Source: an uncultured virus (IMG/VR IMGVR_UViG_3300031414_000019) (taxonomy: Duplodnaviria; Heunggongvirae; Uroviricota; Caudoviricetes). From it: a stretch of DNA of 20,000 nt. Position 1 is the first letter of the stretch, and each line of letters starts with the position of its first letter. The position numbers and the translations under genes were made by a program. This document shows positions 9,006 to 16,666 of this stretch, one piece after another. Below the pieces are notes generated by a model that did not search any database, was not told the DNA's origin, and saw only the letters and a program-made list of their open reading frames with translations. The stretch is taken from the IMG/VR virus record IMGVR_UViG_3300031414_000019, positions 52,824 through 72,823 of that record; one strand, 5' to 3'.

Positions 9006-9275
9006 ATGCGACCAGACCAAGGCAGTTTCAATTTCCTCAAGCTCCTCGCTATGGCATTGCTGTTGGTTGGTCTGATTGCAGCAGTGTTTACGGTGTGGGC
9101 CTGGCGGGTAAGATCGGATTCTAACAGTGTATCCGTGACCACCAATAACGCCTACTGCTCTAACGGGAGTTGTTATCGTACAAACGGAATGTATATTGGA
9201 CCAGATCCACTTTTACCATCCGCTGATGAGAAGGATGCGAAAGTACCGGAATACATACCACCAAAAAGTAAATAA
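9006..9275 (+). CDS. small single-pass membrane protein
   Basis: 89 aa; AGGAGG RBS. Hydrophobic segment FLKLLAMALLLVGLIAAVFTVWAW, then C-x4-C (CSNGSC) and a Pro-rich tail. Confidence 0.8.
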   Translation: MRPDQGSFNFLKLLAMALLLVGLIAAVFTVWAWRVRSDSNSVSVTTNNAYCSNGSCYRTNGMYIGPDPLLPSADEKDAKVPEYIPPKSK

Positions 9276-9286
9276 CGGCATAACAC

Positions 9287-9318
9287 CCAGGGACCCTTTC
9301 GGGGGTCCCTGGTTTATG
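9287..9318 (+). terminator. Rho-independent terminator ending the structural operon
   Basis: Stem CCAGGGACCCT (9287-9297), TTCG loop, GGGGTCCCTGG (9302-9312), followed by TTTATG. Confidence 0.85.
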
Positions 9319-9330
9319 TGCTTCAGTCGG

Positions 9331-9350
9331 TTTACAGATATATAATATCT
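9331..9350 (+). promoter_or_regulatory. putative phage (early/virion-RNAP-type) promoter
   Basis: TTTACAGATATATAATATCT; the core TATATAAT (9339-9346) resembles the phiKZ early promoter consensus TATATTAC. Lies at the start of an AT-rich intergenic region ahead of an accessory operon. Confidence 0.5.
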
Positions 9351-9582
9351 AACTGAGCAGCAAGCGCTCAGTGTAATTAATTACAAAGATGAGTTATCGT
9401 TTGAAGAAGAGTCTGGGGTTTATGCTGTTAGTACTGAAATGGATTATATCTCATCAAACAGTAGACGGAGTGTTTACACGACAGTATTTTGTTTTGTTGG
9501 GTAAATAGTTTTCAAATTATAGCTCGCTTCAATTCTTTTTTACAAAAGCCGCTTACTTTGTAGATAACAAAAGGAATCAGAA

Positions 9583-10314
9583 ATGCGTAAATATCTTATT
9601 GTTGAAGATGGTTTCATCTCAAGCCCTAAAATCTTATCCGGTATCCTACAGATGTGGATTCACCACTACGGTGAGTTCTGCTTTGAACGCTTCGAAAGCG
9701 AAAAAGAAAATGCCTCGCCGGTGTATCAGGAGCGGTTAACGCCTGAAGGTATTGTCGAACGTATTAATGGTGGCGATTGCGGTACCACCGCATTAGCGGT
9801 TCATCGTGTCTACTACACCCTGATGGAAGAACTCCTCGGTGAGAATGAACGTATCAGTCCGTTGCAGCTGATTGATAACTACAATCACGCTTATCTGCAA
9901 CTGGAGGGTATCAACTACGATACCCTGAACTTGGGTGGTGAGCCAGACCCAATGAAGATGTTAGACGCTGATGCGCCTAATGCCAGTGTTGAGGTCCTGA
10001 CCACAGCAGAGATGTTCAAGCGCTATATCTGGAAAGACCAAATTGGTGCGGAGCTGATTCGTCGTTTCTGCCAGCGTTTCTATTCCGAGCCGTTAAAAGA
10101 AGCACTTGCTCTGTTGGACGAAATGCCTGTGCATCCGAGCAATGTTGACTGGTTCAACTGGGTAGATAACAAGATGGCCCAAGTTGACGCATTCCGTCCG
10201 CGTCCTGCCAAGCACATTAAAGACGAGTCCATTATCGACATGACCGAAACTGATGGTAAGACATTAGAACAGGTCATTGATGAGATGGTGGAGAAGATGG
10301 AGAGCGCGTCATGA
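9583..10314 (+). CDS. papain/transglutaminase-like Cys-His-Asp fold protein (putative)
   Basis: 243 aa; AAGGA RBS. GGDC66GTTALAVH ... NH102AYLQLEGINYD113 gives a candidate catalytic triad. Confidence 0.5.
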   Translation: MRKYLIVEDGFISSPKILSGILQMWIHHYGEFCFERFESEKENASPVYQERLTPEGIVERINGGDCGTTALAVHRVYYTLMEELLGENERISPLQLIDNYNHAYLQLEGINYDTLNLGGEPDPMKMLDADAPNASVEVLTTAEMFKRYIWKDQIGAELIRRFCQRFYSEPLKEALALLDEMPVHPSNVDWFNWVDNKMAQVDAFRPRPAKHIKDESIIDMTETDGKTLEQVIDEMVEKMESAS

Positions 10315-11411
10315 GTTATCGCCAGCAGTATTACCAGATTCCCAAGACACCTTTAGGTGAATCATTTCGTGAGTTGATTAACAACGATGATTTAATCCAC
10401 GATCGTCGTTGCATGCTCGCTAACCTGAAGAACGTTGCACACCAGTGGTTCCATGGTTTGAATATTCTTAATTTCAATCCAGTCGACCCGAATGGTCGCG
10501 TTCGTTATATCGATGAGATGTGCTCTCGTCCGTGGGGAATGAAAGGTCCTGAGCGGATGTGGTGTGAGGGCGTTGCTATTCCACTGCGTCCCCGTGAGAA
10601 ACACATTCACGACGCTCTCGAGCTGTGCATTGCCGGTGGTAACGGTCAGTTGTGGTCTACTAAGCCTACTGCTGGGTTGCGTTACAAATCTGCTGCCGAT
10701 GGTAGCTGGTCTAACATTCGCTGGTTTGGTACTAAGAAAGCACTTTGGCTACAGATGCGCCAGGACGCACAGTTCCGTGAAATCACAGAGATTGTGACGA
10801 TGTCTGCCGTGATGGAACCTGGTATGTCGCGTGAACGTGGCGTTTTTACTGAAGACCCAGATCGGTTCAAACACGGTTTCCGCATTATGGGTATTGGATC
10901 TCCCCAATTACGACTGGAAGAGATGTACGGTGAGGCGGCGGTTAGTGCTGATCAGTTGTTGGAGCATAATCGTCTTCTGACTCCACAGGACCGGATTGAT
11001 TTCACCAAGATGCAGTTAGCGATGGCAGACGGTTTCGCCAGAACCAGTCGTCCTGAAGCTTCTGCCCATATGGCCTCTGTCGGTATCGCTGCACTATGTA
11101 GTCGTTGCGTAGCTCGGTACGGATTACCCGGTGATCCAAAACGCGCTAACTTCTTATCTGCCGAACTCGACGATCCAGAGAATCCGTGGCTCCCTGGCCA
11201 AACAGCAGATGAGACGTACTTGTGGATGATCGATTACATTTACAACATGCTGGGCGATTGTAAAGCGGCGCAGTTGTCAAAACCAATTGCCGATGCTATT
11301 GGTGAACCATTGCTGGAAGCCATGGCACAGGCTGTCAGTCGTGAACCCACTGCCGCTCGTTCAGCACTCATTATGAATTTAAGGAAAGAACATGCTCCGA
11401 CTCCCGAGTGA
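10311..11411 (+). CDS. hypothetical protein
   Basis: 366 aa; ATGA overlap with the previous gene and GGAG RBS; no recognised motif. Confidence 0.85.
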   Translation: MSYRQQYYQIPKTPLGESFRELINNDDLIHDRRCMLANLKNVAHQWFHGLNILNFNPVDPNGRVRYIDEMCSRPWGMKGPERMWCEGVAIPLRPREKHIHDALELCIAGGNGQLWSTKPTAGLRYKSAADGSWSNIRWFGTKKALWLQMRQDAQFREITEIVTMSAVMEPGMSRERGVFTEDPDRFKHGFRIMGIGSPQLRLEEMYGEAAVSADQLLEHNRLLTPQDRIDFTKMQLAMADGFARTSRPEASAHMASVGIAALCSRCVARYGLPGDPKRANFLSAELDDPENPWLPGQTADETYLWMIDYIYNMLGDCKAAQLSKPIADAIGEPLLEAMAQAVSREPTAARSALIMNLRKEHAPTPE

Positions 11412-12180
11412 ACTCATTCGTCGTATGGTGTTAGATGAAACACCAACTGATTTCTCGATGTATAATGAAGAACGTCTGGAACGCAACGGTCGTTACTATT
11501 ACGACGTTACCCCTGTTCCGTATTTTGCGAATAACTGGGAACGTAATAATGAGGTGCTGCCGCGTTTAGTGCAGACGTTGGAGCATATCAAACCAATCGA
11601 ATGCATGCAGGACTACGGAAACTATGCGCTGTGTTTCGAAACGGCCAAAGACGAAGAGTTCTTTAGCAAGGTAGCTAAGAACTTTGAGCGTCATTCTGCC
11701 CGTTGTCCGGATACTCCGTTAGGGCTGTCTTTACTGGTGGCTAGCTTCACCGACGAAATGCCGTTCCCGTATCTGATGTTAAAGATGCTAGAGATCGCGT
11801 CGCATTCTACCTTCGGCTGTCATGTTCTGGAAATGGACTATGCTAACCAACTCGGGACACTGAAGGTTGAGTTCAACGAGCCATTAGTTGTCTACGGTAA
11901 TACGTGGGGCGAAGTTTCATCTACACCGTCCATCCGTATTCCGTTACTGACTGGTGATTCCTGTCCGTTCCACGCCATTGCATTACTGGCTACTTATCCT
12001 GCCCTCGACGGCGATGTCGAAGACAAGTTAGTTTTCGAATTCATCGTGCAGGTTGAAGCCGGTATGCCGTGGTCATTGCTGACACACGCAGATTTTGCGC
12101 CTAATCGGGTTGCGGATTACGTTCGTCGTTATGGCCGTCGCAAGACAGCACTGGTTGATCATCGCAAACCATTCAAATAA
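11392..12180 (+). CDS. hypothetical protein
   Basis: 262 aa; AAGGA RBS, 20-nt overlap with the previous gene. Confidence 0.85.
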   Translation: MLRLPSELIRRMVLDETPTDFSMYNEERLERNGRYYYDVTPVPYFANNWERNNEVLPRLVQTLEHIKPIECMQDYGNYALCFETAKDEEFFSKVAKNFERHSARCPDTPLGLSLLVASFTDEMPFPYLMLKMLEIASHSTFGCHVLEMDYANQLGTLKVEFNEPLVVYGNTWGEVSSTPSIRIPLLTGDSCPFHAIALLATYPALDGDVEDKLVFEFIVQVEAGMPWSLLTHADFAPNRVADYVRRYGRRKTALVDHRKPFK

Positions 12181-12191
12181 GGTCAGGTACA

Positions 12192-12701
12192 ATGTCGATT
12201 CGCAGAACGCTTATTGTTGGGGATGGTCACGTTTCCCACAAAAACATCTGTCGACAACGTACGCGCTTTAAAACAGTAGCTGAACACGATGAGTTTTTCT
12301 GGGACCTACTCGCCCCGTTAAACCATCGCGATCAGTTAATCATGGCTGGCGATATGTTCTTTACTCGCGAGTCGTTGTACAAATTGAAGAAGTATCCGTT
12401 TCGTAAAATCCTGGTCATTGGCAATCACTGCACAGATCACGAACCCGACGCGAGAGACTTGGTCGAAGTGTACGACGACGTCGTGGAGAGCAAGAAGCGT
12501 AATCATTTCCTGATTACGCATTCGCCTCGCCATCCGTTAGCGCTACGCAGTCGAATCAATGTCCACGCTCATATGCACGAAACGATTATTCGGGACGAGC
12601 GTTACATCAATATCTCCCTAGAAGCTACTGGGTTCAGACTCGTAGACTTTGAAGAGATTCGTTCCGGTGAGTATCGGACTTTCAGAGGTAAGAACGCATG
12701 A
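12192..12701 (+). CDS. calcineurin-like metallophosphoesterase
   Basis: 169 aa with all five motifs in order: GDGH (DxH), AGD, GNH, THSP and HAHMH. Confidence 0.9.
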   Translation: MSIRRTLIVGDGHVSHKNICRQRTRFKTVAEHDEFFWDLLAPLNHRDQLIMAGDMFFTRESLYKLKKYPFRKILVIGNHCTDHEPDARDLVEVYDDVVESKKRNHFLITHSPRHPLALRSRINVHAHMHETIIRDERYINISLEATGFRLVDFEEIRSGEYRTFRGKNA

Positions 12702-13762
12702 GTGGTAAACCGCTAACCGTGGATCAAATACTGAAAAAGATGCAGGACGAGAATATGCGTGCTGTAACTGATCCAGTTGATAAGTTTCTTGAAGACGTTT
12801 CAAGAAATGCGCTTTATTGGGCCAGCATAGGTAAGGATAAAGAGGACGTCGCCAGCGGCGTAACGTTCAGTATCTTAAACCTGTTCGACGGTACCAGTCT
12901 CGGGTCGCCACCTATTGACATGACGTATGTGCCGGACATCGACGAGCTACCCGAAGACGTTAGACTGCTGGAAGTAAATGACGGCTTCAATAGTGATGTC
13001 ATGTTGCATGAGCTGTTCTATCCGATCTACCGTGAGACAGCAGCTAAACAGGGTTATGTCGTCGATGGCATAAATGTGATTGTTCCCGATAACAGTCATT
13101 TGCGTATCCCTATCGCACCAAAAGAAGAACACACCATCTTCGAGCCAGTTACTGAAACCTCGCTACAGGATCAGCAGGCTAAGAAACTTGACGAACTCAA
13201 AGTTCCAGTTAGTTTGCCCAACGACATTCATGAGGCGGTAAACTGGCTGCGTGAAGAACTGGGTCCAGATTTCCGTTTGACTGATGAGCACGCTAATATC
13301 ATCGCTGAGACGTATATGGCTAACAAGGGTAAGTTGGAGGATGCAGTGAAGTTCTTTGCTAAAGAACTCTCAGTGGAAACTAATCACCTGATGTCTATAT
13401 CGAAAGAAGCGTCTAACCGCGCCATCCCGAACTTCAAAGCTGTGGTGCCTAAAGAAGAGCGTGTAGCTGAGTTCCTGGAGTCCGCTGCTAATATAGCAGA
13501 GTACTGGTCCACTGAGGCTAAAACTCCGCAGGAAGCCGCTGAGGGCGCTGTAGGTAGCATGATGAAGTTGCTGGACGGTGGTGGGGACTTGCCTGCAATG
13601 AACTTGGTTCCGGCAGTGATGGATGAGCTGGTTGAAGAGTATAACAGCGAAGGGATTGCTGGTTGGCCTGCTGAACCGATTAACGATGAAACCGGACTGC
13701 ATGATAACTTCGTTGCGATCATGACTAACCGTCGGAAAAAGACAGCGCTGGCGCTCGGCTAA
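12698..13762 (+). CDS. hypothetical protein with an internally duplicated ~80 aa domain
   Basis: 354 aa; ATGA overlap. aa 27-107 and 256-338 share FLE....A.YW....K..E.A.G...S...L.DG....P........N....LH..F. Confidence 0.85.
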   Translation: MSGKPLTVDQILKKMQDENMRAVTDPVDKFLEDVSRNALYWASIGKDKEDVASGVTFSILNLFDGTSLGSPPIDMTYVPDIDELPEDVRLLEVNDGFNSDVMLHELFYPIYRETAAKQGYVVDGINVIVPDNSHLRIPIAPKEEHTIFEPVTETSLQDQQAKKLDELKVPVSLPNDIHEAVNWLREELGPDFRLTDEHANIIAETYMANKGKLEDAVKFFAKELSVETNHLMSISKEASNRAIPNFKAVVPKEERVAEFLESAANIAEYWSTEAKTPQEAAEGAVGSMMKLLDGGGDLPAMNLVPAVMDELVEEYNSEGIAGWPAEPINDETGLHDNFVAIMTNRRKKTALALG

Positions 13763-13767
13763 TAAAC

Positions 13768-13788
13768 GGGGACTTCGGTCCCCTCTTT
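13768..13788 (+). terminator. Rho-independent terminator
   Basis: GGGGAC-TTCG-GTCCCC (13768-13783, cUUCGg loop) followed by TCTTT. Confidence 0.8.
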
Positions 13789-13801
13789 AAAAGGAATCAA
13801 A

Positions 13802-14524
13802 ATGTCGCTAGAAACAATGACCGTCCTTGAGCTTATCGACAGTATCGTCGATAAGTCTATTGGATACGATACCGTATTACTGTCTGAGAACGATACACCA
13901 CTGTACTACGATTTCTCAGATGGGGTTGACCCAGCATTCCAACTCCACAACCACACTCGTGAATTCCTGGAAACAAAGATCCAGGTTAGTAAACTGGGTC
14001 CGGGTTATCAGCTCATCCCCAATTCGTGTGTTGTCACGATGCCGGTAGAGCAACTACCGCAGTTAAAGGTTTTGTTCCACGAGCTGGTCCCAACGGTAAC
14101 AATTCCGTATTGCAATGAAACAAGTGCAGCTATTAGCCTAATGGCTGTAAACGGTCTGCTGCCATATCGGAGAGACCTATGTGACGCCGTGAAATCATTC
14201 TACGGTATGTTTGATCTTCAACTGGTCAGAGCGCTGGAAGCACAGATAGATACGCAACAAATCGGTCTGGTGGATTGCGGTATCTACGACTTCAGTGGCA
14301 ATCGCGCTGTTGGTCAGAACCCGGAGATCTATATTCCGTTGTTGACCTACCACGGTTTCGTGGCCTGGATTATCTTCGAAGTGGATGGCGGTCAGTATCG
14401 CTATCGCTTTGGTGTGCGTACAAGTCCCACTGCACAACTCATCGAAATACGCCCGTCTCAGTTCGATGCCAACACTGTGGTGGATATCCTCAATTTCGTA
14501 TGCGGGAATAAGAATGCGGTGTGA
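13802..14524 (+). CDS. hypothetical protein
   Basis: 240 aa; AAGGA RBS; no recognised motif. Confidence 0.85.
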   Translation: MSLETMTVLELIDSIVDKSIGYDTVLLSENDTPLYYDFSDGVDPAFQLHNHTREFLETKIQVSKLGPGYQLIPNSCVVTMPVEQLPQLKVLFHELVPTVTIPYCNETSAAISLMAVNGLLPYRRDLCDAVKSFYGMFDLQLVRALEAQIDTQQIGLVDCGIYDFSGNRAVGQNPEIYIPLLTYHGFVAWIIFEVDGGQYRYRFGVRTSPTAQLIEIRPSQFDANTVVDILNFVCGNKNAV

Positions 14525-14708
14525 TCAATGTGGAATGAACAAACCACTCGCTGACTTTGATGTTATGGAAAATTCAGACGAGTGGCCAATCTGCTACGAT
14601 TGTAGTGAAGCACAAGCCATAAAGAAACCCGTGCGCATTGCATGTGTGATTCTGGTTGCTTTGTTCACTGCGGTGGGCGTTTTCATCAAATTCAAAATGG
14701 GTAGCTAA
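14514..14708 (+). CDS. small CxxC..CxxC zinc-finger protein with C-terminal transmembrane helix
   Basis: 64 aa from the ATG at 14514 (GGGAA upstream): MRCDQC...CYDC...IACVILVALFTAVGVFI. This start avoids the long overlap implied by the 14385 start in the ORF track. Confidence 0.75.
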   Translation: MRCDQCGMNKPLADFDVMENSDEWPICYDCSEAQAIKKPVRIACVILVALFTAVGVFIKFKMGS

Positions 14709-15275
14709 ATGATTCATGCGATTGTGGCCTGGCGTAAAGGCGATCACGGTATTGGTTTCGAAAACAAACTGCCATGGCGCATTCCGTCAGACCTTAAGCA
14801 CTTTAAGGAAATGACACAGGGTTGCTCAGTGGTCATGGGCTATAACACCATGCTCTCGCTGGGTAAACCACTGCCAGGCAGAAAGAACTACGTGTTGACC
14901 CGTTTTAAAGAGCGCGATCTCCCTGAAGGTTTCATCGGTGTGCAGATGGTTCAGGGTCTTCGTGACTTCATGGCTATTGTCGGCAAACGTGAAGATCTTT
15001 GGGTAATCGGCGGGGCTAAGACCTATGAGATCTTAGCTGAGTACGTTGATGCCTGGGTCGTAACCGAAGTTGATGCATCTGACGTTCAGTGCGACGCGTT
15101 TGTAACTCCGCCGGACTTTACTGGCTGGGAAACGTACGACCGCGATGTCGTTCCGTCTGAAAAGGATGAGTTCCCATACACCATCCGATATTACCTGTCA
15201 CCCAATGCAGTCATTGAGCTGGGTGATCATCGCATGGCGGTGAGTGACTTCTCATTCCCGCTTAAACCAGTCTAA
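14709..15275 (+). CDS. folA: dihydrofolate reductase
   Basis: AIVA, GIGFENKLPWRIPSDLKHFK, VVMGYNT, KPLPGRKNYVLTR, VIGGAKTY and CDAF are all canonical DHFR motifs. Confidence 0.95.
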   Translation: MIHAIVAWRKGDHGIGFENKLPWRIPSDLKHFKEMTQGCSVVMGYNTMLSLGKPLPGRKNYVLTRFKERDLPEGFIGVQMVQGLRDFMAIVGKREDLWVIGGAKTYEILAEYVDAWVVTEVDASDVQCDAFVTPPDFTGWETYDRDVVPSEKDEFPYTIRYYLSPNAVIELGDHRMAVSDFSFPLKPV

Positions 15276-15280
15276 ACCAC

Positions 15281-15304
15281 GGGAGGCTAAATGCCTCCCT
15301 TTAT
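15281..15304 (+). terminator. Rho-independent terminator
   Basis: GGGAGGC-TAAAT-GCCTCCC (15281-15299) followed by TTTAT. Confidence 0.8.
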
Positions 15305-15322
15305 GCCCTTAGGAGAATTATC

Positions 15323-15784
15323 ATGGTTCAGAAAGTATCAGTCCGTCCGTCAGTAACTAACAACAATCAACCTGCCATCGAACAGAATACTTTCGTTCCA
15401 TTTGATTCGGGCGAGCGTCTGTTGACTGTGTCTAACTTTGTCACACACCACCAACCGGAAGGATATCGTGGTATTGGCGAATCCCTGATCGTTTCCGGTG
15501 TCCGTCTGAACGTTGGTGGCCAGTGTAAAGATTTTGAATTTATGAATGGACCTAACTACCGTTTCAAACTTGACCCGGCTGGTGAAAACAAGATCTTTAA
15601 AATTGAAGATCTGCGTTGTTCACGACTGGCTTTAGTGGACGATGGCGGGTATCCAGTTAACTTCGTTATCAATGCTGTTTATAACAGTGAGAACGGTCAG
15701 CTTATGGTCATGGGTACTGTTGTAAATAACCGCACTGATAAAGCTATCAGCGTAGACAAAATTTATATCTCTTATAAGGAATAG
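15323..15784 (+). CDS. hypothetical beta-rich protein
   Basis: 153 aa; AGGAG RBS; alternating hydrophobic pattern suggests beta-strands. Confidence 0.85.
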   Translation: MVQKVSVRPSVTNNNQPAIEQNTFVPFDSGERLLTVSNFVTHHQPEGYRGIGESLIVSGVRLNVGGQCKDFEFMNGPNYRFKLDPAGENKIFKIEDLRCSRLALVDDGGYPVNFVINAVYNSENGQLMVMGTVVNNRTDKAISVDKIYISYKE

Positions 15785-15787
15785 AAA

Positions 15788-16666
15788 ATGCAAGATGCAA
15801 TCGTAGGTGTTCTGTGCTGCGGGGAAAATATCTCTTTCCCGGCAACCGTTAACTACCAGGGTGTTGACTACCCTGTTGTTACAAAACCTTGCCCCGAAGG
15901 TGGGATGCACCTCTTAGCGATACTGGATAGTGCTGGCGATGTTATCGACGCCTCGCCAGTTCACATTCCCGGCTCACCTGTACTGACGAAACCACTCAGT
16001 ACTAAGGCGTGGTTTGAAGATCGAATCTCACCGGACGAACCTGAGTTATTCTTCACGGTGAACGCTCAGCAGAAACACGGTCGACCTATTCCATTTTGGT
16101 TTGGTAGTAAATGGGTGCGTCTTACCGGGTACCGCATTAAAACTCCAGATGGTCTGGTCTATGTACCTTTTGATGACGACATCCGTCTATCGTTTAAGCC
16201 AATACCAGATTCGCGGTTTGCAGATATGGCGCTACGTACCCCTAAGACAATTATGTCGAAGGGTGGTAACAAGTACGAGCTTGACGTGAAGGGATTTATC
16301 CGTAATCGGACAATGGAGATTGGTTCATTCCCGCCTATGGTGGAATCGCTGGTCTTTACGTCTGAGATCGAAGATACCCCTAGTCTGGTTCGCGTTGCCG
16401 ATGACGTAGACCGCATCTGCCTCATTGACTTAAGCGAGGGTACCGCGATAACCGATAAGACGATTGATGTTATCTACAACGGCAAGCAGTATAAAACAAG
16501 TCCATCTGCTCGCGGTCCGGGGCAGGAACAGGATAAAGTTCTTGTGCTGGTTGTGAAAAGTTTAGTAGGTCTGAGCGTAGTGTTCGGTGTTTACTTACCG
16601 CCACGCCTGGGTCCAGTCTATTCCTTATCTAAATATTCCATTGGAGAACTGAAGCATGTCAACTGA
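15788..16666 (+). CDS. hypothetical beta/Pro-rich protein
   Basis: 292 aa; AAGGA RBS; tight operon spacing. Confidence 0.85.
   Translation: MQDAIVGVLCCGENISFPATVNYQGVDYPVVTKPCPEGGMHLLAILDSAGDVIDASPVHIPGSPVLTKPLSTKAWFEDRISPDEPELFFTVNAQQKHGRPIPFWFGSKWVRLTGYRIKTPDGLVYVPFDDDIRLSFKPIPDSRFADMALRTPKTIMSKGGNKYELDVKGFIRNRTMEIGSFPPMVESLVFTSEIEDTPSLVRVADDVDRICLIDLSEGTAITDKTIDVIYNGKQYKTSPSARGPGQEQDKVLVLVVKSLVGLSVVFGVYLPPRLGPVYSLSKYSIGELKHVN

Noticed and set aside
9318..9346. Host sigma70 promoter based on TATAAT at 9341-9346
   Set aside because: No TTGACA-like -35 at 16-18 bp spacing and no TG extended -10; a phage RNAP promoter fits better.
9276..9582. tRNA or CRISPR mini-array in the long intergenic gap
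   Set aside because: No cloverleaf or T-loop/CCA pattern and no direct repeats with spacers.
14385..14513. Longer 107 aa version of the Zn-finger membrane ORF
   Set aside because: It would overlap the 13802-14524 gene by 140 nt; the ATG at 14514 has an RBS-like sequence and begins right at the CxxC motif.
14709..15275. DHFR as a mobile trimethoprim-resistance dfr cassette
   Set aside because: No attC site, integron or IS context; DHFR is a routine nucleotide-metabolism gene of large phages.
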